Assembly: GCA_963737655.1 (NCBI GenBank)
Contig: CAVTTN010000002.1
Coordinates: 1,440,001 to 1,504,000, forward strand
DNA length: 64,000 bases
DNA from: an uncultured Planctomycetota bacterium
GTDB lineage: Bacteria > Planctomycetota > Planctomycetia > Isosphaerales > Isosphaeraceae
Reading direction: 5' to 3'
Part shown: positions 18,312 to 27,013 of the stretch, piece after piece
Numbering within the stretch: the stretch's first letter is position 1
How the letters are laid out: each line of letters starts with the position of its first letter
Notes under the pieces: generated by a model
The model's input: the letters and a program-made list of their open reading frames with translations, nothing else
What the model was told of the DNA's origin: nothing
Database searches by the model: none
Program-made: the position numbers and the translations under genes

Positions 18312-19576
18312 TCCCTCCTCGGTTCGGCCCCGCCCAGGACTCGCCGGATCTCGGCGAGGAGGCGGCGGAGCGGGGGGCGATCGGTCTTCAGGGCGGGGCG
18401 GAGGGGCAGGGCGGGGCCGTCGGACCTCATCACGTCGCCGCCTTCGTGGATGCCGAACGTCGCCGAGGCGATCGCCACGGTCGCCGGTCGCGAGGGGTCG
18501 GTCGCCCGGGGTCCGACGGCGATCGTGGGGATCGTCGCCAGGTTCGCGAGGGCCTCGGCGGAGAGGAAGTCGCGGGGGTCGTCGGCCACGATCAGGGCGG
18601 AGTCGGCCCGACGACTCCGCAGGCGGGCCTCGGCGGTCGCCTCGTCGGGCAAATATCGGGGAAAACCCCGCGAGAAATCGACCGCCACGGGCGATCCGGC
18701 CTGCCAGGTGAGCGTCGCCTCGGCCCCGGTCGGGTTGCCCGCCGAGCCGAGCGCGAGCGCGACGAACCGGCGATTCCCGCCCCCATTCAAGTCCCTGACG
18801 AGCGTCAACGCGGCCTCCGCGGCCTCCAGGCCCGCGCCGAAGACGAACGCCCCGTACCGGGCCCCGACCATCGCCGAGGCCAGCGCCCTCATCGAATCCG
18901 AGGCCGGCACGTCCTTCCCCCGGACGAGCGCCCTCAGAATCGATAATGCCTCGACGTCTTCAGGACACGGGACCGTCACGAACAGGTCGGCCCGCGCCGA
19001 GGTCGCGTTCGGCGCCCCGCCCACGACGGCCACGAAGCGACCGGCGCGCCCCTCGGGCACGAACCGGCCGATCGCATCCACGGAATAGCGTTCGAAATGG
19101 CGAGGATGGGTGGCGATCGGATCCACGCCCCAGAAAATCACCACGTCGGCACGATCTCGGACTTCGCCCCAGGTCGCCGACACCATGCCGACCCTCTGGA
19201 TCGCCCGCCACCTCGGCAGCGAGTCGGCCGAGCCCGCCGGGTCGATCGTCGCTCCCAACCGATCGGCGATCGCCACCGCCTCGGCCTGCGCCTCGAGGGT
19301 CGCGCGGGTCAGGCCCAGGATCAGGGGCGACCGGGACGCCTTGAGGATCGCGGCCGATCGGCCGATCGCCTCGTCGAGCGAGGCGGGACGGCCCTCGATG
19401 GTCGCGTCGGCGATGTCTCGATGGGAATGGTCCGCCAGGAACCACGAGACGCCGACCGGGCAGGCGCGTTCGGCCCGGACGATCCGATCGTGGTCGACGA
19501 AGATCCCGATATCATCACACAAGCACCCGCACGCGGTGCAGGTCACGTCGAGGAGGGTCGGGTCGGGCGAGGCCAT
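18308..19576 (-). CDS. fhcB: Formyltransferase/hydrolase complex subunit B (FwdB-like)
   Basis: CTACGCLCDDI, ATWGEVRDRADVVIFWG.DP..THPRH.ERY, LTWQAG.P.AVDF, GIHEGG..MRSDG..LPLR. Confidence 0.9.
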   Translation of the reverse strand: MASPDPTLLDVTCTACGCLCDDIGIFVDHDRIVRAERACPVGVSWFLADHSHRDIADATIEGRPASLDEAIGRSAAILKASRSPLILGLTRATLEAQAEAVAIADRLGATIDPAGSADSLPRWRAIQRVGMVSATWGEVRDRADVVIFWGVDPIATHPRHFERYSVDAIGRFVPEGRAGRFVAVVGGAPNATSARADLFVTVPCPEDVEALSILRALVRGKDVPASDSMRALASAMVGARYGAFVFGAGLEAAEAALTLVRDLNGGGNRRFVALALGSAGNPTGAEATLTWQAGSPVAVDFSRGFPRYLPDEATAEARLRSRRADSALIVADDPRDFLSAEALANLATIPTIAVGPRATDPSRPATVAIASATFGIHEGGDVMRSDGPALPLRPALKTDRPPLRRLLAEIRRVLGGAEPRRE

Positions 19577-19582
19577 CGCGGG

Positions 19583-20296
19583 TCACTCCGCCCCGGCCGG
19601 GGGATTTTCCGGGCCGACGCGCGTCTCGCGGACCCAGGCCCGGACGAGGCGAGCCCAGCGGGTATGGTCCATCCCCTCGGCCTCGCGGACCAGGCGGACG
19701 ACCTCGGCGACCGGCAGGGACGGCAGGGCGAGGCTCGCGGTCGCCTCGGCATACGTCCCATTCGGCCCCAGGACGGCCACGACGAGCCGTTCGCCGTCGA
19801 ACCGCCAGACTTCCGGGACGCCCAGGGCCGCATAAATGCCCATCTTGTTCACGGCGCTCCGGGTGATCTCGACCTCGATGCACAGGTCGGGCGGCGGGTC
19901 CACCTCCAGGTCGGCCTTCTTGCCCCGGGCGACGATCCGGTCGGCGTTGGCGAGGTAATAGCAGTCGTCCGCCTCGATCCCTTTCTCCAGGAGCTTCCGC
20001 TTCCACGTCTTCGATCGCAGGCCGAGGCAGGGGAGGTCGAGTTCCTCGACGACGGCCTGGATCAGGATGTCGAAGAGCCGAGCGAACTCCTCGTGGGGCA
20101 TCGACGGCGACATGAGTTCCAGAATCCCCCGGTCATAGGTCATCCGGGTCAGCCGGAGGCCGGCGAGCCCTCGGATCGCCTCGTACTCGTCCCACGAGAC
20201 GTGGAAGAACACGAACCGCTGGCCGGTCATGCCCGGGTCCCAGTTCGGCAGGTCGGGAGTCGTTCCGACGATCGGTTCGTCCGCGACGGTCGCCAT
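19583..20296 (-). CDS. Uma2 (DUF820) family endonuclease
   Basis: VSWDEYE, RMTYDRGILELMSP..PHE, GIEADDCYY, PPPDLCIEVEIT, YAALGVPEVWRFDG. Confidence 0.92.
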   Translation of the reverse strand: MATVADEPIVGTTPDLPNWDPGMTGQRFVFFHVSWDEYEAIRGLAGLRLTRMTYDRGILELMSPSMPHEEFARLFDILIQAVVEELDLPCLGLRSKTWKRKLLEKGIEADDCYYLANADRIVARGKKADLEVDPPPDLCIEVEITRSAVNKMGIYAALGVPEVWRFDGERLVVAVLGPNGTYAEATASLALPSLPVAEVVRLVREAEGMDHTRWARLVRAWVRETRVGPENPPAGAE

Positions 20297-20443
20297 GATC
20301 GCTGTCCCTCCGAATCGTCGCATCTCTGGACCGTCCCGCATCCTACCATGACCGCGTCCCCCGGGCGACGTCGGCTCGGGCCCCAAATCGCCCGGCCCGG
20401 AGTCTCCCTTCGGAGGCCCGGGGGCGGTAGACTGGACGTCCTT

Positions 20444-21211
20444 ATGAATCGCGCGATCCCCGACCTTCGAGACCTCCGCGCGGCCGTGATCGGCTCGACC
20501 TCGGGCATCGGCCGATCGGTGGCGCTGGCCCTGGCCGAAGCCGGAGCGTCGGTGATCGTCCACGGCCGACGGTCGCGACCGGACGCGGAGGCCGTCGCCT
20601 CGCTCTGCCGGGAGCGAGGAGGCCGGGCCGAAATCCTGATGGCCGACCTCGCCGATCGCGCCGAGGGAGACCGCCTGGTCGAATCGGCCTGGAACGCCTG
20701 GGGAGGGCTCGACGCCTGGCTCCACATCGCCGGCGCCGACACCCTGACCGGCCCCGGGGCGAAACTCGACTTCGATCAGAAGCTCGACACGCTCTTGACC
20801 GTCGATGTCGTCGCCACGATGAGGCTCTGCCGGGCCGTCGGCCGGAGGATGAAGGCCAACGGCGGAGGATCGATCGTGACGATGGGCTGGGACCAGGCCG
20901 AGACCGGGATGGAAGGGGACTCCGGCGAGTTGTTCGCCGCGACCAAGGGGGCCATCCTCGCCTTCACCAGGAGCCTCGCGCTGAGCCTCGCCCCCGAGGT
21001 CCGAGTCAACGCCGTGGCCCCCGGATGGATCAAGACCGCCTGGGGCGAATCGGCCTCCGAGACCTGGCAGGACCGCGTGATGCGAGAGACCCCGCTGAAG
21101 CGTTGGGGAACGCCCGAGGACGTGGCGAACGCCGCGCGGTTCCTCGTCTCGAACGAGGCGGGGTTCCTGACGGGGCAGGTGGTGAGGGTCAACGGCGGGG
21201 CCGTCCGTTAG
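20444..21211 (+). CDS. SDR family oxidoreductase (atypical active site) heading the pterin operon
   Basis: GSTSGIG, HGRRS, VRVNAVAPGWIKT, PLKRWGTPEDVA, LTGQVVRVNGG; FAATK in place of YxxxK. Confidence 0.9.
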   Translation: MNRAIPDLRDLRAAVIGSTSGIGRSVALALAEAGASVIVHGRRSRPDAEAVASLCRERGGRAEILMADLADRAEGDRLVESAWNAWGGLDAWLHIAGADTLTGPGAKLDFDQKLDTLLTVDVVATMRLCRAVGRRMKANGGGSIVTMGWDQAETGMEGDSGELFAATKGAILAFTRSLALSLAPEVRVNAVAPGWIKTAWGESASETWQDRVMRETPLKRWGTPEDVANAARFLVSNEAGFLTGQVVRVNGGAVR

Positions 21212-21263
21212 GAAGGACGGGTGGATGTCTACGGCTCAGAGATCGGCCGATGATGGGCCCGCG

Positions 21264-22662
21264 ATGGATGCCCCCCCTCCCCGCATCCTGTTCGTGACCG
21301 GCCGCCTCGCGGAATCGGCCTTGAGGCGGGTCGTGGCGGATCTGGCTTCTCGGGTAGGGTTCGTGGCCGAGGTCGCCGTCTTGCCGATCTCGGTGGCGGC
21401 GCTGATGCCCCCGAAGTGGGTCGCTCGGCATCTCGTGGTGCCCGAGGGGGTCGGCCGGGTGATCCTCCCGGGGCATTGTCGGGGCGACCTTGCTCCGGTG
21501 GTCGAGAAGGCCGGGGGCGCGACCGTGGAGCTCGGCCCGAGGACCTCCGCGAGCTGCCCCGGCATTTCGGCCTGGAGGCGTCGCGGCCGAAGGATTATGG
21601 GCGGTATGACATCTCGATCCTCGCCGAGATCAACCATGCGCCGAGGCTCGCTCGCGAGGAGATCCTGGCCCTCGCCGCGAGGTTCTCGGCCGAGGGGGCC
21701 GACCTGATCGACCTGGGGTGCGACCCCGGCGGACCGTGGCCGGGCGTGGGGGACGCCGTCCGGGCCCTCCGCGACTCGGGCCATCGCGTGTCGATCGACA
21801 GCTTCGACCCCGAGGAGGTCGCCGACGCCGTGGGCGCCGGCGCCGAGCTGGTCCTGAGCGTGAACGGGTCGAATCGTCATCATGCGAGCGAATGGGGCGT
21901 CGAGGTCGTCGCGATCCCCGATCGGCCCGGGTCGCTCGACGGCCTGGATTCGACGATCGAGGACCTCCGCGCCGAAACATCCCGTTTCGGGTCGATCCGA
22001 TCGTCGAGCCGATCGGCCTGGGGTTCGCCCGGTCGCTGGGGCGGTATCTGGAGGTCCGCTCGCGACATCCCGACGTGCCGATGATGATGGGCGTGGGGAA
22101 CGTCACCGAGCTGACCGACTGCGACTCGGCCGGCGTGAACGCGGTGCTCGTCGGGTTCTGCCAGGAGGTGGGCGTGGGGAGCGTCCTGACGACGGCGGTG
22201 ATCAACTGGGCGAGGTCGTCGGTCCGGGAGATCGACCTGGCGAGGCGGATGGCCTATCATGCGGTCTCGAGCGGGACGCCCCCGAAGCGGGTCGAGCCGG
22301 CGATGGTCCTCCTCCGCGACCCGAGGGTGCCGAGGCTCGGCCCCGAGGCCCTGGCCGAGCTCCGCCGCCGGATCAAGGACCCCAACTGGCGGATTTTCGC
22401 CGAGGACGGGCTGATCCACGCCATGAATCATGAGAATCATCTCGCCGATCCCGACCCCTTCGCCCTCTTCGCCGCGATGGGCGTGACCGACCCGTCCCAC
22501 GCCTTCTATCTGGGATATGAACTCATGAAAGCAAAAACGGCACTCACGCTGAGCAAGGCGTACCGGCAGGACCAGGCGCTCGACTGGGGCTTCCTGACCG
22601 AGCCGGAGGCGGGGCACCGGGGCAAGGACCGGCCGCCCGGCCGCCGGGATCGCCAGTCGTGA
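21264..22662 (+). CDS. DUF6513/dihydropteroate-synthase-like H4MPT biosynthesis protein, two frameshifts (~21536, ~21972)
   Basis: ILFVTGRLAE, ISVAALM / ILAEI..AP, GADLIDLGC, VSIDSFD / DPIVEPI..GF..SL.RY, GVGNVTELTD.DSAG, HAFYLGYEL.KA, Y.QDQAL.WG across three frames. Confidence 0.88.
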
Positions 22663-23255
22663 TCCTCGAGGCCCTCGTGACGACGGCCAACCCCGACGGC
22701 TCGGCCCACGTGGCGCCGATGGGCCCGGAGGTCGGGCCCGACCTGTCGCGGTTCGTCCTCCGCCCGTTCCGGACGGCGACCACGTATCGGAACCTCGTCG
22801 CGCATCGAGAAGGCGTCCTGCACGTGACCGACGATGTGTTGATGCTCGCCAGGGCGGCCGTCGGGCTCGATCCGAGGGCCGAGACGAGGCCGGCGGGATC
22901 GGTCCGGGGGCATGTGATCGCCTCGGCATGCCGGTATTATGAGTTCCGCGTGGTCGAGATCGACGACCGCGCCGACCGGGCGACGATCCGGGCCGAGACG
23001 GTGGGTTCGGGCGTCCTCCGCGAGTTCTTCGGCCTGAACCGGGCGAAGCATGCGGTGGTCGAGGCCGCGATCCTGGCCACCCGGACCGAGTTCCTGCCGA
23101 TGCCCGCGATCGCCGACGATTTCCGCCGCCTCCGCCCCCTGGTCGAGAAGACCGGCGGCCCCTCCGAGCGCCTGGCGTTCGCCGAGTTGACGGCGTTCGT
23201 TCGAGAGAAGGCGCAACTTCGGGGAGAGATCGGCCCGGACGAGTTCTCGCCATGA
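22659..23255 (+). CDS. DUF447 family protein (H4MPT cluster associated)
   Basis: MILEALVTT...HVAPMG, RPFRT.TTYRNL, FFGLNRAKHAVVEAAILATR, VEKTGG. Confidence 0.9.
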   Translation: MILEALVTTANPDGSAHVAPMGPEVGPDLSRFVLRPFRTATTYRNLVAHREGVLHVTDDVLMLARAAVGLDPRAETRPAGSVRGHVIASACRYYEFRVVEIDDRADRATIRAETVGSGVLREFFGLNRAKHAVVEAAILATRTEFLPMPAIADDFRRLRPLVEKTGGPSERLAFAELTAFVREKAQLRGEIGPDEFSP

Positions 23256-24208
23256 CCACCACGCGAATCCGAACCCCCGGCCGCCTCCATTTCGGCCTCC
23301 TGGCGAGAGGCCCCGCCGCCCCCCGCCAGTTCGGCGGGCTGGGGCTGATGGTCGATCGGCCGGGGATCGTCCTCGAGGCCGAACCGGCCGGGTCGTGGTC
23401 GGCCTCGGGCTTTTTGGCCGAGAGGGCCCGAGGCGTCGCGGAGAGGGTCGCGGGGGCGATGGCCTCGTCGTTCGGCGTCGGGCCTCGCCCCCTGTCGTTC
23501 CGGGTGGTCGAGGCGCCTCCGGAGCACGTCGGATTGGGCGTGGGGACGCAACTGGGCCTGGCGGTGGCGAAGCTGATCGCGACCTCCGCCGGGCTCGACC
23601 TCGACGCCCCGAGCCTCGCCGCGATGGCCGGTCGCGGGGCCCGGTCGGGCGTGGGGCTTCATGGGTTCGATCGCGGCGGATTGATCGTCGATGGCGGCCA
23701 TCGCGGGGCAGGGGGGGTCGCGCCGATGGTCGCCCGCCCGGAGTTCCCGGCCGAATGGTCGGTCCTCGTGGCGACCCGGTCGAGGCCCCGAGGGCTGAGC
23801 GGCCCGGACGAGATCGGCGCGTTCGCCAGGCTCCCGCCGATCCCCGAGAGCGAGACCGATCGGCTCTGCCGGCTCGTCCTCCTGGGGATCTTGCCGAGCG
23901 TCGCCGAGCGCGATCTGGAGGGGTTCGGCGCGGCCCTGGAGGAGATCCAGCACCGGGTCGGCTCCTGGTTCGCCCCGGCGCAGGGCGGCCTCTTCGCCGG
24001 GGAGGACGTCGCCGAGCTGGCCGCCTGGCTGAAGGAGGGCGGACTCGTCGGCGTGGGCCAAAGCTCGTGGGGCCCGACGCTCTACGGCTTCACCGCCGAA
24101 GGCCCCGAATGGCAGGAAGCCTTCCTGCGAAGGCTCCGCGAGCGATTCGGGGCGATGGACCTCCTCGGGTGGACGGCCGCGAGCCCTCGCGGGGCGATCC
24201 TCACGTAG
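23252..24208 (+). CDS. mptG: Beta-ribofuranosylaminobenzene 5'-phosphate synthase (GHMP kinase fold)
   Basis: TPGRLHFGL, FGGLGL, PEHVGLGVGTQL, GRGARSGVG..GF..GG.IVDGG, F.PAQGG, GVGQSSWGPT. Confidence 0.92.
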   Translation: MTTTRIRTPGRLHFGLLARGPAAPRQFGGLGLMVDRPGIVLEAEPAGSWSASGFLAERARGVAERVAGAMASSFGVGPRPLSFRVVEAPPEHVGLGVGTQLGLAVAKLIATSAGLDLDAPSLAAMAGRGARSGVGLHGFDRGGLIVDGGHRGAGGVAPMVARPEFPAEWSVLVATRSRPRGLSGPDEIGAFARLPPIPESETDRLCRLVLLGILPSVAERDLEGFGAALEEIQHRVGSWFAPAQGGLFAGEDVAELAAWLKEGGLVGVGQSSWGPTLYGFTAEGPEWQEAFLRRLRERFGAMDLLGWTAASPRGAILT

Positions 24209-24356
24209 GGCGGGTGCAACCCGCCATCTTCCCTGGGGAGGGAATGCGTGTGGCGGGTTCCACCACCCTCCACGTCCGGGTTTCGCCGGCCCTTCTTGCT
24301 TCGTTATAATGGTGGGCGACCGGGCGATGCGACGGCGAGGGAGGGGCGGGCCGGCG

Positions 24357-25124
24357 ATGCGACGGGACATCGACGACGCTTTGCATGATTGGCCCTACGA
24401 GCCCGATCCCGGCGAGGTCCTCGCCCGGGAAGTCCGGGCCCGCGACGGCCGCACGGTCGTCCAGATCCGGGTGGAGCTCGGCCTGTTGCAACTGGAGACC
24501 GAGGGCCGGCCCGACGGCGTGAGGCCCCACGGGTTCGCCACGTATCTCGATTATCTCCGCCATCGCGCCGCCGGGAGGGGGCTGGCCCCGGGAGGGAAGT
24601 CCCCCCCGTGGACGATGGGCGACGCCCAGTGCGTCGAGGCCGACCGCGAGTTCGTCCAGTTCCACCATCGGCGGGTCGCCTGGCTGTCCCTGCAGAAATA
24701 TGAGCGCGCCTTGCTCGATGCCGACCACACCCTCGCCCTGATGGACTTCGTCCGCCGCCACGGCGGGACGCCGGAGTACATCGCCTCCCACGAACGATTC
24801 CGGGGGCTCGTGCTGTTCCACCGGACGAGGGCGGCGGCGGCCATCGCCCTGGAGAGGAGGCGGCCCGACGAGGCGATCGACGCCGTCCACGAGGGGGCCG
24901 AGCGGCTGACCGCCCACCAGAAATCCTGGGACGCCGAGCACGAGGACGACGAGACCCCCAACGCCGCCCTCCTCGAACAGCTCGGCCTCCTCGAATCGGA
25001 GATCCGCAAGAATTTCGAGGTCGCCAAGACCCTCCGCGAGCAGCTCGACGAGGCCGTCGCCAGCGAGGATTACGAGACCGCCGCGAGGCTCCGCGACCAG
25101 ATCCGCGCCAGGGGCCGGAGGTGA
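24357..25124 (+). CDS. UvrB/UvrC-motif-containing conserved protein
   Basis: QIRVELGLLQLE.EGRPDG.RPHG, DREF.QFHHRR, C-terminal EQLDEAVASEDYETAARLRDQI (UVR motif). Confidence 0.88.
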   Translation: MRRDIDDALHDWPYEPDPGEVLAREVRARDGRTVVQIRVELGLLQLETEGRPDGVRPHGFATYLDYLRHRAAGRGLAPGGKSPPWTMGDAQCVEADREFVQFHHRRVAWLSLQKYERALLDADHTLALMDFVRRHGGTPEYIASHERFRGLVLFHRTRAAAAIALERRRPDEAIDAVHEGAERLTAHQKSWDAEHEDDETPNAALLEQLGLLESEIRKNFEVAKTLREQLDEAVASEDYETAARLRDQIRARGRR

Positions 25125-25295
25125 TCGGGGCCGGGCCGGGTGGATGAGTTCGTGGATCGCGCAAGATCGATGGCGGACCGTGCTTGTCGGGCCCGCTCTT
25201 GCGGATGTCTTCGACTTCACTTCGGTCCGAAGAGGTCCGATCCGAGCTACGCCACGGACCGCCCGGATTCGGCCTCGCCCGGGTCCGGGAACGGA

Positions 25296-25380
25296 GCGCG
25301 ACGGCCTTCGTAGGGCAGGCCTCGGCCTGCCGTCTTCGCGGATCGGCAGGCCGAGGCCTGCCCTACGAAGGCCGTCGCGC
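25296..25380. repeat. 37-bp perfect inverted repeat containing GTAG-type REP (family B)
   Basis: gcgcgacggccttcgtagggcaggcctcggcctgccg and its exact reverse complement; between convergent genes. Confidence 0.9.
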
Positions 25381-25404
25381 GCCTTCCGACTCCTTGGGAC
25401 GTAA

Positions 25405-25911
25405 TTATCTTCTCGAAGAATCCGTTTCTTCAGACGAGGATTCAGGGGAGGGGAGCGGATCATCCGAGGAGCGACGGAATTCCCGGATCACCCGCTCGAA
25501 GGATTCGTCGGGCCTCCGGGCCGCCCTGGTGAGGATCGCGACCGGCGAGGCGACCGCCAAGGCGTACCGCCCGTCCCCGATCTCCCGGATGGCCAGCGCC
25601 TCGTACAGCTTCGCCACGGCCCTCCGGGCGTCGTCGCGGGGGCCCGGGTTTCCGTACCAGATCCGGGACATCCGCTCGGTGAGTTCCGCCTCGTCGGCCC
25701 CTCGCTCGCGATATCTCGCGAAGTCCTTGAGGTCCGAGGCGAGGGCCTCTCGGTCGTCGGATTCGGCCAGGGGCAGGAGGAGCTCACAACATCGCTCGGC
25801 CCAGTCCAGAGCCGGTCCCCGGCCCCGGGCATCGAGCGCGTGAATCAGCGGCAGGGGCCAGAGCGGGCCGCCCCGGGCGAACGCCTGGCGGGCCTCCTCC
25901 ATCACGTCCAT
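25405..25911 (-). CDS. Hypothetical helical protein
   Basis: GGAGGG RBS, protein-like composition, follows the glycosidase on the same strand; no family recognised. Confidence 0.65.
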   Translation of the reverse strand: MDVMEEARQAFARGGPLWPLPLIHALDARGRGPALDWAERCCELLLPLAESDDREALASDLKDFARYRERGADEAELTERMSRIWYGNPGPRDDARRAVAKLYEALAIREIGDGRYALAVASPVAILTRAARRPDESFERVIREFRRSSDDPLPSPESSSEETDSSRR

Positions 25912-25929
25912 CGCCCCTCCCCGGCCAGG

Positions 25930-26838
25930 CTATTTCGGATGCACATACAATCGCACTTCGGGATGCATGCTGTAGAGCCGGTCCCCCTCGGGCGTCTCGA
26001 CGAGGATCGCGCTGGAGGCGTTGTCGCCGAGGATCGGGTTGCCCGGGTATTTCTCCCAGTGGATCAGGTCTTTCGAGCGCGCCACGCAGGTCGTCCAGTC
26101 CTTCCAGGGCTGGTGGGCGTTGGCGTGGTAGAAGGCGTAATAGACGCCGTCTCGCTTGATCACCTGATCGACGGCGATGGCCGTCCTGTCGTAGGGTTCG
26201 GGGCCCATCTTCAAAACCGGCTCATCTTTCACGTTGGTCCAGACCTTGCCGTCCTTCGATCGCGCGAGCCAGACCCCGCGGTCGCCCCTCTCGTACAGGA
26301 GGGACCACTCGCCGGCGTCGAACAGGGCCGTGGGCGTGCCGTAGGGTCCGGAGCGGATCGGCTTGCCCTCGGTCGTGCGGACGTCCAAAGGGCCCCGTTC
26401 GGTCCATCGCAGGCCGTCGGGCGACGTGAGCAGGTGGGCCACGTCGTTCTCCCCCTCGGCGAAGAGGAAATCGACCCCGTCTTTCTTGAACATGCAGACG
26501 TCTTCCACCCAGGTCTCGCCGTGGATCGGGTTGGCGGGGTCCCGGGTCCAGGCCAGGCCGTCGGGGGAGGTCGCGTGGCCGAGCTTCCGGAGAGGGGATT
26601 TGTCGTCGTTGTAGCCGGTGTAATAGAGGTGGTATGTCGGCCCTTCGCGGACGATCCAGCCGCGTTCGCGGATCTTCTTGTCCCAGGCCGAGCCCCCTTC
26701 GCCCCGGAAGACCACGGGATGCTGGGCGTCGGGGACCCAGGAGACGATGGATTTCGGGAAGTCCTGGGCGCGGGACTCGCTCGCCCCGAGGGCCACGATC
26801 GCCACGAGGCCCAGACGGCGGAATTGCTCTCGGATCAT
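25930..26838 (-). CDS. Secreted five-bladed beta-propeller glycoside hydrolase-like protein
   Basis: Signal peptide; YHLYYTGY, GHATSPDGLAW.R...NPI, ARSKDGKVW, ARSKDLIHWEKYPGNPI repeats. Confidence 0.85.
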   Translation of the reverse strand: MIREQFRRLGLVAIVALGASESRAQDFPKSIVSWVPDAQHPVVFRGEGGSAWDKKIRERGWIVREGPTYHLYYTGYNDDKSPLRKLGHATSPDGLAWTRDPANPIHGETWVEDVCMFKKDGVDFLFAEGENDVAHLLTSPDGLRWTERGPLDVRTTEGKPIRSGPYGTPTALFDAGEWSLLYERGDRGVWLARSKDGKVWTNVKDEPVLKMGPEPYDRTAIAVDQVIKRDGVYYAFYHANAHQPWKDWTTCVARSKDLIHWEKYPGNPILGDNASSAILVETPEGDRLYSMHPEVRLYVHPK

Positions 26839-27013
26839 CGTCGCTCCTTCCCCGTCTCCATGTTCCTCAACAGAGATGGAATGGAATTGAACCGCCCGGA
26901 CCCTCGGGGCGCCAAGAGAGGTTCCGCCGCCCTCCTCCCGGGTCGTCCCCTCGTCACGTGGAACCGTCCCGGTTTCTCGGGCAGGAGGGGGAGGAAAACG
27001 GCCCTTCGCCTTC

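Noticed and set aside
16440..21980. Programmed frameshifting or true pseudogenisation of C1 genes
   Set aside because: No slippery heptamers; the same indel pattern affects unrelated genes, favouring sequencing error.
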